A program made the position numbers and the translations under genes. The notes under the pieces are model-generated. The model did no database searches. It was not told where the DNA came from and worked only from the letters and a program-made list of their open reading frames with translations. From Candidatus Bathyarchaeota archaeon (GTDB taxonomy: Archaea; Thermoproteota; Bathyarchaeia; Bathyarchaeales; Bathycorpusculaceae): a stretch of DNA of 64,000 nt. The stretch spans positions 32,001 to 96,000 of the forward strand of contig CAVYHV010000010.1 in NCBI GenBank assembly GCA_963768425.1, in the 5' to 3' direction. Of this stretch, positions 40,795 through 52,013 are shown in pieces (the first letter of the stretch is position 1; every line of letters starts with the position of its first letter).

Positions 40795-41341
40795 AAGCTG
40801 TCAATAAATAGGTTTACACATGGGTAAAATAAACGTTATGTAACTGATAGGTAACTATAACCAAGAAAGTTAGTGCTACGGTTTGCTTCGCGCTAATTTT
40901 TAAGAGGAAAGAATTTGAGGTCAAGAAGGAAAGGCAACTTTTGGAAAGAAGTGGGATGACTTTACATATTTTAATGCCTATCGATTGCGATTATTTCGGA
41001 TTAATTTGGTTCCCCGATTCCCAGTAGCAGTTGAATAAGACATTGCATATTTTAGAAAAGAAAGATCACTTCGACGAAATCCAAAACACCCTTCCATTTT
41101 TTTAAAAATGATGTTCATTTAAAGAGGGATGCTAAAATTTCTGGTTTTGGCAAATTAAACTATGCTTATCCACTTTGGCGATCGGAGTTACGGAGTATAA
41201 GAAATCATAAGTTCAGTTAAGTGTTCAATTTGGTCTTTTCGGTTACATGGTCACAGTGATATCGAATATCGTAAAACAAATATTGCTTTTTTGCATGTCA
41301 AGACTCGAAATCCTTAAGCGTACGAGGATAATAGGTTAAGT

Positions 41342-44300
41342 ATGGCAAGCGACTTTTCGGCAAAGAGACAAAAAAAAGTTTTCGGCGGCGACTTGAAACA
41401 GGATAATTTGTTTCTTGATAAAATGCTAGATGGCTTTGCATACCACAAAATTGTCGTTGATAAGGCAGGTAGACCCGTTGATTATGTTTTTCTGGAAATC
41501 AATTATGCCTTTGAAAAAATGACGGGGCTCAAGAGAGAGCAAATCGTTGGCAAGAAAGTAACTGAAGTTCTTCCTGGAATTGAGAAAGATCCTGATGATT
41601 GGATTGGAGTCTATGGAAAAGTTGCTTTAACGGGAGAGCCAGTTCAGTTTGAGAGTCAAGCCATCCCTTTAGCTAAATGGTACAGAGTTTCGGCTTATTG
41701 TCCGGAGAAAGGCTATTTTGCCGCTTTGTTTGAGGATATTACTGAGCGCAAGAAAGCTGAGCAAGAGCTTTGGCAAACAAAGAAAGATTGGGAACGCACT
41801 TTTGACAGTGTTCCAGACTTTGTAGCTATTCTTGATAATCAGCATAGAATCGTTCGCGCTAATCGAGCAATGGCGAAACAGTTAGGAGTAACTCGAGAGA
41901 AAGCCGTTGGGCTATTCTGCTATCAGTGTGTTCATGGATTAGATAGCGCTCCTGATTTTTGTCCACATGCACAAACAGTGAAAGATGGAAAACAGCACCA
42001 AGCTGAAGTGCATGAACCCCGACTCGGAGGAGATTTCTTAGTAACTACGACTCCGTTAAAGGATGAACAAGGGCGAATAGTCGGATCAGTACATGTAGCC
42101 AGGAATATAACGAGGCCAAGCAGCGAGAGCACGAAATTGAAAACATAAGCAAGTTTCCTTCGGAGAATCCTAATCCTATATTTCGCATAGATGCAAAAGG
42201 CATAATTCTTTATGGTAACACAGCAAGCGATTCTTTATTCTCCATGTGGAATACCAAGGTTGGTAAACATGTACCTGAACATATAGCCAAGGCTGTTGCC
42301 AATGTCTTAGCATCCAACGAGAGCGTTGAACATGAAGTAACATTGGGAGCTAGGACATTATGCCTCTTTCTTGTTCCAATCGCAATGGAACGCTATGTAA
42401 ATGTTTATGCAAGTGATATTACCCAGAGCAAGAAAGCGGAAGAAGCTTTGCGGGAGAGTGAGCAGCGTTGGGCGACCACTTTGGCAAGCATCGGCGACGC
42501 TGTTATCGCCACTGATACATCTGGCAAAATCATGTTCATGAATGGTGAAGCGGAGAAGCTCACAGGCTGGAAGCTTCGTGAGGCAACACAAAAACCGATA
42601 AAGACCGTGTTCAACATTGTTAATGAGCAGACTCGTTTAGCTGTTGAAAACCCAATAAACAAAGTCCTTCAAAAGGGAATCGTTGTTGGCTTAGCTAATC
42701 ATACCGTTTTAATTCGAAAAGACTGTTCTGAAGTTCCAATTGATGACAGTGGAGCACCCATAAAAGACAAAGACGGAAAAACCAATGGTGTCGTGCTCAT
42801 TTTCCGAGACATAACTGAGCGCAAGAAAGCTGAAGAAGCACTTAAGCAAAGCGAGCAGCGGTATAGTGCACTTTTTAATTCTATACCTGAAGGGTTTAGC
42901 CTTGTTGAAATAGTTCATGATAAGAACAACAAAGCTGTTGATTTTCGTTTTCTTGAAATCAATGCTGCTTACGCAAAACTATTGAATAAAAGCAATAGAG
43001 CAAATAGTTGGCAAAACCACTCGGGAAGCGTTCGGACCGATAGAAGATTATTGGTACCAACTTTATGATAAGGTGGCAAAAACTGGAGAATTTGTTCACT
43101 ATGAAAATTATGTTCAGTTACTTGACGAATATTATGAGGTTTATGCGTGGAGAGCAGATGCGACAAACCACGTTGCAATCTTATCAACCAATATCACTGA
43201 ACGCAAGAAAACAGAGAAAGCCATAGCAAGGCAAGCTGAGCTTATTGATTTATCTCCAGATGCCATAATTGTCCGAAAGCTTGATGGCACTATTTCTTTC
43301 TGGAGCAAAGGCGCCGAAAAACTGTACGGTTGGACAAAGGAAAAAGCAATCGGACAGAACATTAATAGTCTTTTAAAGACCGAATTCCCTGTGCCTCCAA
43401 AAGAGATTCAAAAATGACTTGTACAGGATGGTAAATGGTCAGGTGAAGTCGCTCACACATGTGCTAGCGGAAACAGAATTGTTGTCCAGAGTTATTGGCT
43501 GGGCAAATTCGATGCGGATGGCAAAATATTTGAGTTGTTGGAGTCAAACGTAGACATTACGCCAAGAATACTTATGCAAACCAAGGTTGAAGAGTCTGCA
43601 GTTCTGCTCGAAGAATACGCTAATCAAATGGAGACGCTTGCGACCAAGAGGGCAGAACAGTTGAAGGATGCTGAACGCTTAGCAGCTATAGGAGCAACCG
43701 CGGGCATGGTTGGACATGACATTCGTAACCCTCTGCAGGCGATCACAGGCGACGTTTACTTGGCCAAATTGGAGTTATCTTCAACTATAGACAGCGAAGA
43801 GAAGAAGAATGCGTTGGAAAGTTTGGCGGAGATACAGAAAAACATCGATTACATCAACAAGATCGTAGCCGACCTGCAGGATTTTGCCAGACCCCTCAAG
43901 CCAATCTTAGAAAAAGCCGATCTGAAACCCATAATTGATGACCTGCTGAAAAAGAATGGTCTCCCCAAAAACGTTAAGGTCACTGTAAAAGTTGAAGGCC
44001 GGCGCTGGAAAAATTGTTGCTGACTCATCGTATTTAAGCCGCATCATGTACAATCTGGTTAATAATGCTGTTCAAGCCATGCCTAAAGGCGGAAAACTAA
44101 CCATTCACGCCTACAAAGAAGAAAACGACACTATCATAAGCGTCAAAGACACAGGCGTCGGCATACCTGAATCTGTGAAAGAAAAACTGTTCACACCGAT
44201 GTTCACCACCAAGTCGAAAGGTCAAGGATTTGGGTTGGCCGTAATCAAACGGATGACCGAAGCTTTAGGAGGAACAGTAACCTTTGAAAGCCAAGAAGGC

Positions 44301-44366
44301 AAAGGAACCACATTCACAATATGTTTGCCCCCTCAAAACCAGGTCCGCAAACGAAATTTTAAATAA
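41342..44366 (+). CDS. Multi-PAS sensor histidine kinase, split by three frameshifts and one in-frame TGA
   Basis: Repeated PAS/PAC (DITERKKAE), H-box GHDIRNPL, HATPase NLVNNA, DTGVG and GFGL. Confidence 0.9.
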
Positions 44367-44616
44367 GGAAATAACCTTAACGAAGCTTCGCCCATCGTCT
44401 CATAACGTGTTCTTGCACTATGCTCCCTTAGAGGAAATCCGCCCCTAAGCGACTAAGTTTTATTAACCAACAAGCGTCAGTTGGACGCTTCCAGAAAATT
44501 GTTGATGAATTTACAAAAGCGCAAATGACCGTAGCAAATCGGAAAGAAATGCAAATAAAGAAGCATGTGGATTAACATCGCCAGACCAACTCTCGAAGAG
44601 TCTTAGTATAGTATGT

Positions 44617-44694
44617 GCGGTCGTAGTCTAGTTTGGTCTAGGACATCAGCCTGCCACGCTGACGACCCGGGTTCAAATCTCGGCGACCGCACCA
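44617..44694 (+). tRNA. tRNA-Gly(GCC), CCA encoded
   Basis: GCGGTCG/CGACCGC acceptor stem, TCAGC-CT-GCC-AC-GCTGA anticodon arm, GGTTCAAAT T loop. Confidence 0.95.
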
Positions 44695-44876
44695 CAGCCT
44701 CACCTGAATCTGGGTTCAAAAACCATAGAGAGCGAAACCATTTCAGAACCAATTGAAAACATTTTCCGTGCCAAGTCATACCCACGCCAGACCTATTTTT
44801 TGTCAAGGGAAAATTGGTTGAGAAACACTATCCTCTAGAATTACTGTTTTGCATAGTTGCGTGTTTTTGATGGTTT

Positions 44877-45749
44877 TTAAGTTTCAATCTTACATATTCT
44901 TTCGTTTATATCTGTTGCATGATGCCACAATTCTTCGAAGAAGGCTTTGAGTGTGCAGACAAAAGCTTCACTGTTGGTCCATAAACCTGTTTCCTGTCGA
45001 TTGGTTAAGGCTGAATCTCCATCCAGAGTTATGAAGAAAAAAGCTTCTGCCTCGTCTATTAGATAGAAATGCGGGTAAAGTTTTAAAGACGAGTTTATGT
45101 CGCGAACCTCGACGTTTAGATGGTTCTCAGAAACCATTTTGCTGCTCTGTCTTATTATGTCAATGTTTTCATTCGAGAGGTGAGTAAGAACTCTAACGCG
45201 AGTTGAAGTTATGTCCTCTCTTTCCGTAGGCTGGATGATGTCTGCTTTGGCAAGTCCCGCTTTTATGATTCCTACTTGATCCGCTTGAATTACGCCATGA
45301 TTGGTGGTCACTACTAGCAGTTCTCTCTTCCATTCCTCGACCAACTGTAAGATTTTGGAGTATATGTTTTTCCTTCCTTCTATAATAGCAAATCTTTCGA
45401 CGGGAGATGCGGACTCTTGTAAATTGATGGATCTCCATTGAGTTAACAGCTCATTTTTATTGTCCTCAAGGAAGCTAATATCATCCTTCTTGGTTTTGAT
45501 AAGCAGCTCGATAAGCTTCTCGAAAGGAACAGCAGTGTATCGCGCCGGCTTTTCTAAGGTTAAATTCACCATACATCTGCTCTCTAGGTCCTTTAGGATG
45601 CGATACACCTGCCCTTTGTGCATATTGAGACTTCTAGATACGTTGTATGCTCTTTGAGAGCCATTCTTAGCTAGAAAAACGTAAACTTTCGATTCATTTT
45701 CTGTCAATTTGAAATCTCTTAGGACATTGGAGATGGTTTTTTCGCTCAA
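44877..45749 (-). CDS. TrmB-family transcriptional regulator
   Basis: LTENESKVYVFL..YRILKDL..KPARYTAVP wHTH plus PLD-like effector domain; TTG start inferred. Confidence 0.85.
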   Translation of the reverse strand: MSEKTISNVLRDFKLTENESKVYVFLAKNGSQRAYNVSRSLNMHKGQVYRILKDLESRCMVNLTLEKPARYTAVPFEKLIELLIKTKKDDISFLEDNKNELLTQWRSINLQESASPVERFAIIEGRKNIYSKILQLVEEWKRELLVVTTNHGVIQADQVGIIKAGLAKADIIQPTEREDITSTRVRVLTHLSNENIDIIRQSSKMVSENHLNVEVRDINSSLKLYPHFYLIDEAEAFFFITLDGDSALTNRQETGLWTNSEAFVCTLKAFFEELWHHATDINERICKIET

Positions 45750-45772
45750 AGACACCGTTTTCCGTTGCGAGT

Positions 45773-45792
45773 AGTCACACATCTGTGTGACT
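45773..45792. promoter_or_regulatory. Perfect 9-2-9 inverted repeat between trmB and the beta-propeller gene
   Basis: AGTCACACA-TC-TGTGTGACT, immediately upstream of a TATA-like CTTATAA. Confidence 0.65.
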
Positions 45793-45855
45793 GCCCAAAG
45801 CTTATAACTTTTTCTTAGCCACATCAGATTCTATAGACCAAAAAGGAGAAAAAAA

Positions 45856-48594
45856 ATGAATTCTACAATAGGTAAAATTGGAGCTATCTCGCTATCATTT
45901 TTGATGATATTTGCAATTGTGGCAGCCTTTGGATCATTGGCATCAGGGCAGATCACTATTCCAACCATAGCCTTTTGCAACGTTGCCCCTGACCCCTGTG
46001 GAGTAGGGCAACAAGTCACCGTCAACTTCTGGCTCGCAACACCAATACCCGGAGCCGAACTTGCAACAAACCTAGAGGTCGTTGTAACTCCTCCAGGCGG
46101 AACAGCCACAGTACTCGGCAACTTCACAGCCGACTACACCGGAGGAACATACACTCACTACATCCCAACCACAGTAGGCAACTACACATTCCAAATGTTC
46201 TACGGCGGACAAAAACTCACAGGATTCGGCGAAAATGGACCTTCCGCTTTTAAAGGAGACTTCATGGGATCCAGCACTAGCAACGTAGTTACACTTGTCG
46301 TGCAGCAACAGCCGGCAGGCGGCATCCCGACTACTCCGCTGCCGAACTCATGGTGGCAGACACCAGTTAACTCAAACAACGTCCAAACCTGGTACAGCGT
46401 CACCGGACCTTGGCTAGGATTAGCCGCTAACGCTTTCGGCGCAACAGGCGCATACAATGATTCAGGCAACGAAAACCCATACACTATGGGCCCAGTTACA
46501 GGACACATCCTGTGGACTAAACCATGGTGCATCGGCGGTGTCGCAGGCGGAGATGCAGGCGGAAACGAACAGTCAGGCAGTTACTATACCACCTCGCAGT
46601 ATGAACCAAAATGGAACCCAGTAGTGATCGATGGCATAGAATACTCAACATGGTACACGACAACAACCTCATACGATAACGGCATAGTAGCAACAGACCT
46701 CTATAACGGACAAACACTATGGGTGCTCAACACGACGAACGCACTGGTAGGTGGAATGCAAGCAATCTATGAAACACCAAACCAGTACGGCGTAGTTGGA
46801 CCATACATCATAACTACAGGAACTCTGCCAGGAGTCAACGATAGAGTCGATCCGTTCCTTGGACCAGAAGGCGAATACAACCTCTACGACGCTTTGACAG
46901 GCACTTATGTCTGCAGCATTGTCAACGGAACCACACCAGGCGCTGGCTTCGCAGGAGGCTTCATGACCGTGGACCAATACGGCAACTGGGTAGGATACTA
47001 CACCAACACTACCTTCTACTCACCAGGGCCATTCTCTTTGCCACCCTCAGCCTATTTCATGCCGCAACACACGACTGGTGGAGACCCACTACGTAATGCG
47101 AACCTTACAGGACCGGCACTTGTCGCTTGGAACATGACTATGGCACTCGGCGAAACAGAAGCGGCAGGACAATGGGGGATCGCGGCAGGCTCCGTATTCA
47201 GTTTTGACGATGGAGTAATGTACGTTGCACAGTCAATACCGACAACATTTAACGGTGTTCCTCTTGAGTCACAGGGCTTCTTCGGTCCAAGCTATCTAAA
47301 CGGCGGAGGACTATCAATTGGACAAATTGCAAGCGGCGTCATTGTTCTGACAGTAGGATTCGGCGCAACCAGCGTCGGAGACACAGCAGGATGGGCAGTA
47401 TCAGCAGGCTTCAGTCAAGCAACCGGCGCACTTCTATGGGGACCAATCAACAGGACATACACGCCATACACAAGAATCAGCTCGAACTTCTACAACTTGG
47501 CAGCAGACGGAGCCTACGTTGAATGTGACGAAAACACATTCGTAACCACAGGCTACTCACTGTTCACAGGCCAACAGCTCTGGCAAATAACATTGACCGG
47601 ACCAAACGGCGGACCTCCAAACTCTTACGACGACTACGGCATACAGACCGTTGTTGACTCAACGACCGGCATAATTTACCTGTGGGGCTTAGGCGGAGAC
47701 ATATGGGCAATCAACATGAACACCGGCAAAATCTTATGGCAAACTTCAACTACCCTGCTTCAGGGCACACCTGGAACTGAAACCCCATATGGCATCTGGC
47801 CAATATGGGTCCAATACGGCGGCATGATGGCAGGCGGAAACAACGTACTATACCTCTCAGAAGGACACGAATACAGCCCACCACTATTCCACGGAGCACA
47901 AATGCTAGCCATAAACGGCACCACAGGAGCCTTAATATGGAAAGAACTAGCGTTCGACGACACAGCAGCAGAAGTCTCATACAACATAATTACCGGGTAC
48001 AACTCCTACGACGGCCAAATCTACGCATATGGACAAGGACCAAGCAAAACAACCGTTACCATACCTGACCCCATTACAGCTGTTGGCGCCAAAGTAATGA
48101 TTGAGGGCCGAGTCACCGACGTCTCACCGGGCGCGTCACAACAAGCAGTCGCATTAAACTTCCCCAACGGGCTACCATGCGTATCTGACGCAAGCATGAG
48201 CCAGTTCATGGAAGCGGTTTATGAACAGCAACCAATGCCACATTCAACAGGAGTTCCAGTCACACTAACAGTTTTAGACAGCAACAACAACTACCGAACA
48301 ATCGGCACAGCAACTACGAATGTCTTGGGAGACTACTCATTTGCGTGGACGCCTGACATACCAGGCAACTACACTGTATACGCCACTTTCGCAGGCACAG
48401 GGGGATACTATTCGTCTTCTGCTTCCACAGGACTCTACGCCAACTCTGCAGCAGCGACACCGGCACCGACGGCAACACCGCTTAGCGGAATAGCAACTCA
48501 ATCGACAGTCGAATACATAGGCGTCGCAATAATCATCGTAATAATCATAATCGGCGCGCTGACAATGCTCATGCTCAGCAGAAAAAGACCATAA
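45856..48594 (+). CDS. Cell-surface PQQ-binding-like beta-propeller protein
   Basis: Signal peptide, TGxxxW blades, C-terminal TM helix plus RKRP; GGAG RBS; T-rich terminator downstream. Confidence 0.85.
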   Translation: MNSTIGKIGAISLSFLMIFAIVAAFGSLASGQITIPTIAFCNVAPDPCGVGQQVTVNFWLATPIPGAELATNLEVVVTPPGGTATVLGNFTADYTGGTYTHYIPTTVGNYTFQMFYGGQKLTGFGENGPSAFKGDFMGSSTSNVVTLVVQQQPAGGIPTTPLPNSWWQTPVNSNNVQTWYSVTGPWLGLAANAFGATGAYNDSGNENPYTMGPVTGHILWTKPWCIGGVAGGDAGGNEQSGSYYTTSQYEPKWNPVVIDGIEYSTWYTTTTSYDNGIVATDLYNGQTLWVLNTTNALVGGMQAIYETPNQYGVVGPYIITTGTLPGVNDRVDPFLGPEGEYNLYDALTGTYVCSIVNGTTPGAGFAGGFMTVDQYGNWVGYYTNTTFYSPGPFSLPPSAYFMPQHTTGGDPLRNANLTGPALVAWNMTMALGETEAAGQWGIAAGSVFSFDDGVMYVAQSIPTTFNGVPLESQGFFGPSYLNGGGLSIGQIASGVIVLTVGFGATSVGDTAGWAVSAGFSQATGALLWGPINRTYTPYTRISSNFYNLAADGAYVECDENTFVTTGYSLFTGQQLWQITLTGPNGGPPNSYDDYGIQTVVDSTTGIIYLWGLGGDIWAINMNTGKILWQTSTTLLQGTPGTETPYGIWPIWVQYGGMMAGGNNVLYLSEGHEYSPPLFHGAQMLAINGTTGALIWKELAFDDTAAEVSYNIITGYNSYDGQIYAYGQGPSKTTVTIPDPITAVGAKVMIEGRVTDVSPGASQQAVALNFPNGLPCVSDASMSQFMEAVYEQQPMPHSTGVPVTLTVLDSNNNYRTIGTATTNVLGDYSFAWTPDIPGNYTVYATFAGTGGYYSSSASTGLYANSAAATPAPTATPLSGIATQSTVEYIGVAIIIVIIIIGALTMLMLSRKRP

Positions 48595-48700
48595 TCGAAA
48601 TAGAAAAAACATTTCCCTTTTTCTTTTTTTGTTTCTTGATTCCTTGTTTAAAAAATAAAAATGGAGGGTTTTTTGAGAGATTGTTTGCTTTACATTCTCT

Positions 48701-49468
48701 TTAGTACTTCTGATTGTGTTGTGGCTGGAGTTGTTTTGCTGGATTTGTTTTGGGATAGTGACGAAGCATTTGTCCGCCTACTATGATAAACCATAGAGCG
48801 ACGGCTGGCACGCTGACTAAGAAGAACAAACCGATGATGGTAGAGCTAACTCCAAGTGCATTGAAGGCTCCGATAACTGCCATCATGTTTGTGACTATAC
48901 CAAAGACTGCGGTTCCCCTGCGGAATGAGTTGGTCTTAAGCATGGCAATTGCGAACAGAAGTGGACCAATTGTAAGGAAGTAACTTATGAAAGTCATGAG
49001 TGGTAGCGCATTAACAATGCCCGTGGCATTTGTGATTACTGATGCTTTAGAGGACTCAGTTGTGGCAATCATGTATGCTTGTGAGTAGCTAACGAGTCGT
49101 AAGGACTGCAACTCGGATACTAATGGGTCGTAGATGCAGAAAGCAAGGGTCAGGATGGCTCCGCCAACTGCGAGATTTTTGGTTGCAGGTTTTAAGATTA
49201 TGTAGAATGCCACAGTTATGGGAACGAATATTATGTCTGCCACAATCCAAAGGGTCCAGCTAGTTGCCGCTAAAGCCTGATGTTGAGAGAAGAGCTGCAG
49301 AAAGCCTGTGACAGTGGTTGGTACACCGTGTGGGTAAAGACCCATCTCCGTGTATGTGACTGCAACCCACAGGATGCCCATTATGACTGCCAAGATTCCG
49401 CTGATGCGTAAGAACCCATTCCAGCGCGGAGCAACCAATGGCGTCGGTGTTTCTGATGATTTATTCAT
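48701..49468 (-). CDS. DUF4386-like membrane protein
   Basis: About 6 TM helices. Confidence 0.65.
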   Translation of the reverse strand: MNKSSETPTPLVAPRWNGFLRISGILAVIMGILWVAVTYTEMGLYPHGVPTTVTGFLQLFSQHQALAATSWTLWIVADIIFVPITVAFYIILKPATKNLAVGGAILTLAFCIYDPLVSELQSLRLVSYSQAYMIATTESSKASVITNATGIVNALPLMTFISYFLTIGPLLFAIAMLKTNSFRRGTAVFGIVTNMMAVIGAFNALGVSSTIIGLFFLVSVPAVALWFIIVGGQMLRHYPKTNPAKQLQPQHNQKY

Positions 49469-49712
49469 CTTTTTCACCTCCCGTGCTCTTGCTTTCTTTG
49501 ATTTCGTTTTGGGAAAGGTTAATCCTTAGAACACCCTTGTCGCCAACAACTTCAAGGATTACGTCTTCAGCAAACGATGCATGCTGAAGTTGACCTAATG
49601 TGCCTTCCAAAAGGACGTTTTCCAGACCGCTGTTGGTCAAGGTGACGTTTTTTAGGCTGACCTTGGATTTCAGTTCAACAGAGAAGAATCGTTCTTTCAA
49701 TGTTTTTTCCAT
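49461..49712 (-). CDS. Conserved hypothetical small protein
   Basis: FFSVELKSK..VLLEGTLG..GVLRINL. Confidence 0.65.
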   Translation of the reverse strand: MEKTLKERFFSVELKSKVSLKNVTLTNSGLENVLLEGTLGQLQHASFAEDVILEVVGDKGVLRINLSQNEIKESKSTGGEKDE

Positions 49713-49766
49713 TTTACATTCCTCAAATAAACTTCAGAGGCGTTGAGCTCCCATTAGTTTTATTTA

Positions 49767-49796
49767 ACAACATTGTATAGTACAATACAACGCTGT
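49767..49796. promoter_or_regulatory. Imperfect inverted repeat, putative operator
   Basis: ACAACATTGTAT-N6-ATACAACGCTGT (10/12) between divergent genes. Confidence 0.45.
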
Positions 49797-49819
49797 AAAG
49801 TGCCAAACAGAAGTGACGG

Positions 49820-50572
49820 TTGACCTCTTTGGAAGAAAGCGAAGGAATAGACAGATTATTTTACGAGCTTGCAAGCGAAAACAGACTGAGTATACTCATA
49901 GCGCTGCAGACCAAAAACCATAAGATGCAGGAACTAGCTCGAAAACTTGACTTAACGGACACGGAAGCATTCCGGCAACTGCAACGTCTTAGCGAAGCCC
50001 AACTAATCAACAAACAACCAGATGGCACATACACCATAACCGAATATGGCAAACTAATTCTGAAGTTTTCACACTCTTTTGAGTTTGCATTCAAATTCAA
50101 ACAGTGCCTCTTAACACGTAATATCTGGCGAATTCCCGACGAATTCATCAACCGACTCGGCGAGCTATCAAACGCCAATTTAAGCACAAATGCAATAGAA
50201 ATGGTCAACAACGCAGAACAACTCGTCATGGGAACTGAAGAATACCTCTGGATGATCGGTGAGCGACCCCTAAGCTTTCTAGGCGCAAGAGTCGCGGAAA
50301 TGCTTCAAAAAGGAATAACGGTAAGATTTCTGTTCGATGAGAGCTGCCACAAATTCTACGAAAACATGCCAGACGTTAGGGGCGTAATTGAAAAAAGAGT
50401 AATCCCATCCATTCCCGCTATCCTGATTATAAACGAAAAATTCGCAGGCATAAACATACTATCCATCGATGGTAGAGCAGACAACGCCATCTTTTACGGT
50501 AACGATCCAGGAATTCTGAAGTGGACAAATGATTTGTTTTTACATTATTGGGCTCAAGGCAAACGTTGCTAG
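49820..50572 (+). CDS. wHTH regulator with DUF1724-like C-terminal domain
   Basis: LFYELASENRLSIL..RQLQRL..YTITEYG; IPDEFINRLGEL. Confidence 0.8.
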   Translation: MTSLEESEGIDRLFYELASENRLSILIALQTKNHKMQELARKLDLTDTEAFRQLQRLSEAQLINKQPDGTYTITEYGKLILKFSHSFEFAFKFKQCLLTRNIWRIPDEFINRLGELSNANLSTNAIEMVNNAEQLVMGTEEYLWMIGERPLSFLGARVAEMLQKGITVRFLFDESCHKFYENMPDVRGVIEKRVIPSIPAILIINEKFAGINILSIDGRADNAIFYGNDPGILKWTNDLFLHYWAQGKRC

Positions 50573-50762
50573 CGGACTCTGGAGTATTCTTTTTTGTGTC
50601 ATTACAGAAAGGAAAGTCTCTAACCACAACTTTTAGAGGAAGGGGGCGAACCCATTGTCAGGAAAATTTGGGCGAGAGGGCATTGGCGGGCCCTTTGTGA
50701 TAGATGCCGCATGCAGAAGGTACAGGGCAACGTTTTAGTGCCAAAGCCACGCACACATACGC

Positions 50763-51617
50763 TTGATCACAGTGCAGACGACCAAATATCACATCTACAT
50801 CGAGTATAGTGAGCCTGACAAGTCTGGCTTCCGCTTCAACGTTTCCCACGCAGAATTAATAGGGAAATTCCAAGAACCATTTGCCAACGGCGAACCCTTC
50901 TGGTTTATGGGACGTCTCCTCAATCCAATCAAAGTCGCCAAAATCGTTATCTTTTGGTCCTACCAAACGGCTGACCAACTGCATTTACCCAACCATGAAA
51001 GCCTCATAGCGACTAAAGACAAAAAATACCTCATCGACAACCTCCTCAAAGGCAAAGTCAAAGGCGTTTACCTATGCACCGAGGAATTTGTGGCTGTGAC
51101 CCAAAAAAAATCGGCTCAAGCCATACAAGCTCAACCGATAGTTTCAACTCCAAGTGGCATACCCAAGCGAATAATCGTTGTTTCTGGAACAGATGAAATA
51201 ATGAAACAAACTATCACTGGAGCTTTGAGAAAACTCGGCCTCGCCGCCATAGTCATGAGTGAAGAACCCAGCCAGGGCAGAAAAATCGTCGACCGCTTCG
51301 CAGACTACACCGATGTGGGCTTTGCTTTGGTGTTGCTTTCGCCTGACGTTTACGTTTACCCGAAGGGGGAAGAAGCTACAAAACGCGAACGCATCCCAAA
51401 GCAAGACGTTACTTTAATGTTTGGCTTCCTCTTAGGTAAACTTGGGAAGGATAAGGTGCTCGCCTTCTATAGGGAAAGCCCAAACTTCGCCTTTCCAATA
51501 GAGTTCGAAGGCGTTAAATTCACAGCTGTAGACGACCGCGACAGTTGGAAACTTGCCCTCATACGTGAACTCACCAACTGCGGCTATACGATTGATGCTG
51601 AGAGACTTTTAAGGTAA
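50763..51617 (+). CDS. TIR-like nucleotide-binding domain protein (CAP12/Pycsar-type TIR fold) with degenerate catalytic motifs
   Basis: LRKLGL..QGRKIVDRF..DVGFALVLLSPD..GKLG..WKLALIREL scaffold. Confidence 0.75.
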   Translation: MITVQTTKYHIYIEYSEPDKSGFRFNVSHAELIGKFQEPFANGEPFWFMGRLLNPIKVAKIVIFWSYQTADQLHLPNHESLIATKDKKYLIDNLLKGKVKGVYLCTEEFVAVTQKKSAQAIQAQPIVSTPSGIPKRIIVVSGTDEIMKQTITGALRKLGLAAIVMSEEPSQGRKIVDRFADYTDVGFALVLLSPDVYVYPKGEEATKRERIPKQDVTLMFGFLLGKLGKDKVLAFYRESPNFAFPIEFEGVKFTAVDDRDSWKLALIRELTNCGYTIDAERLLR

Positions 51618-51671
51618 GATCACAAATACTACAAAACCAAAATGTCAATGCAGACCTAACAAAACAGCAAA

Positions 51672-51747
51672 GCGGTTGTATTGTAGTTCGGTAGGACATT
51701 AGCTTCCCAAGCTGAATACCTGGGTTCAAATTCCGGCGGGCCTGCCA
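51672..51747 (+). pseudogene. Decayed tRNA-Gly(CCC)
   Basis: GCGGTTG..AGGAC-A-TTAGC-TT-CCC-AA-GCTGA..CTGGG-TTCAAAT-TCCGG; D stem and acceptor 3' strand are disrupted. Confidence 0.8.
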
Positions 51748-52013
51748 TCGTCCCGAGCGAATATGAACTTTTTGAATTCTTCTATGGGTTAAGATTCCGT
51801 CAATCGTATTGAGTCTCGTATTGAGTCTTGTTGTTTTTTTTCTGTTGAAGAAAAAGATCTATTTATGTTCAAGCAATAAACTTTTCAAAAAGAGTTCGAA
51901 GTCTATTTTGACTTGGATCACACGTTTTGTGAAAAGGAGGATAATTGCCTTAGTTTATAGTGCCTAATGCAAGCGAAACAACTTGTGGATTGTGCAAATG
52001 CCGCATTCCGAAT

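Noticed and set aside
43415-43417. In-frame TGA in the PAS kinase as possible selenocysteine or readthrough
   Set aside because: It is not at a catalytic Cys position. CAAAAATGACTT is readily explained as CAA AAT GAC CTT with one A gained and one C lost, in a region full of indels.
51804-51828. Tandem 12-bp duplication TCGTATTGAGTC
   Set aside because: Only two copies with no spacer, so not a CRISPR; probably slippage.
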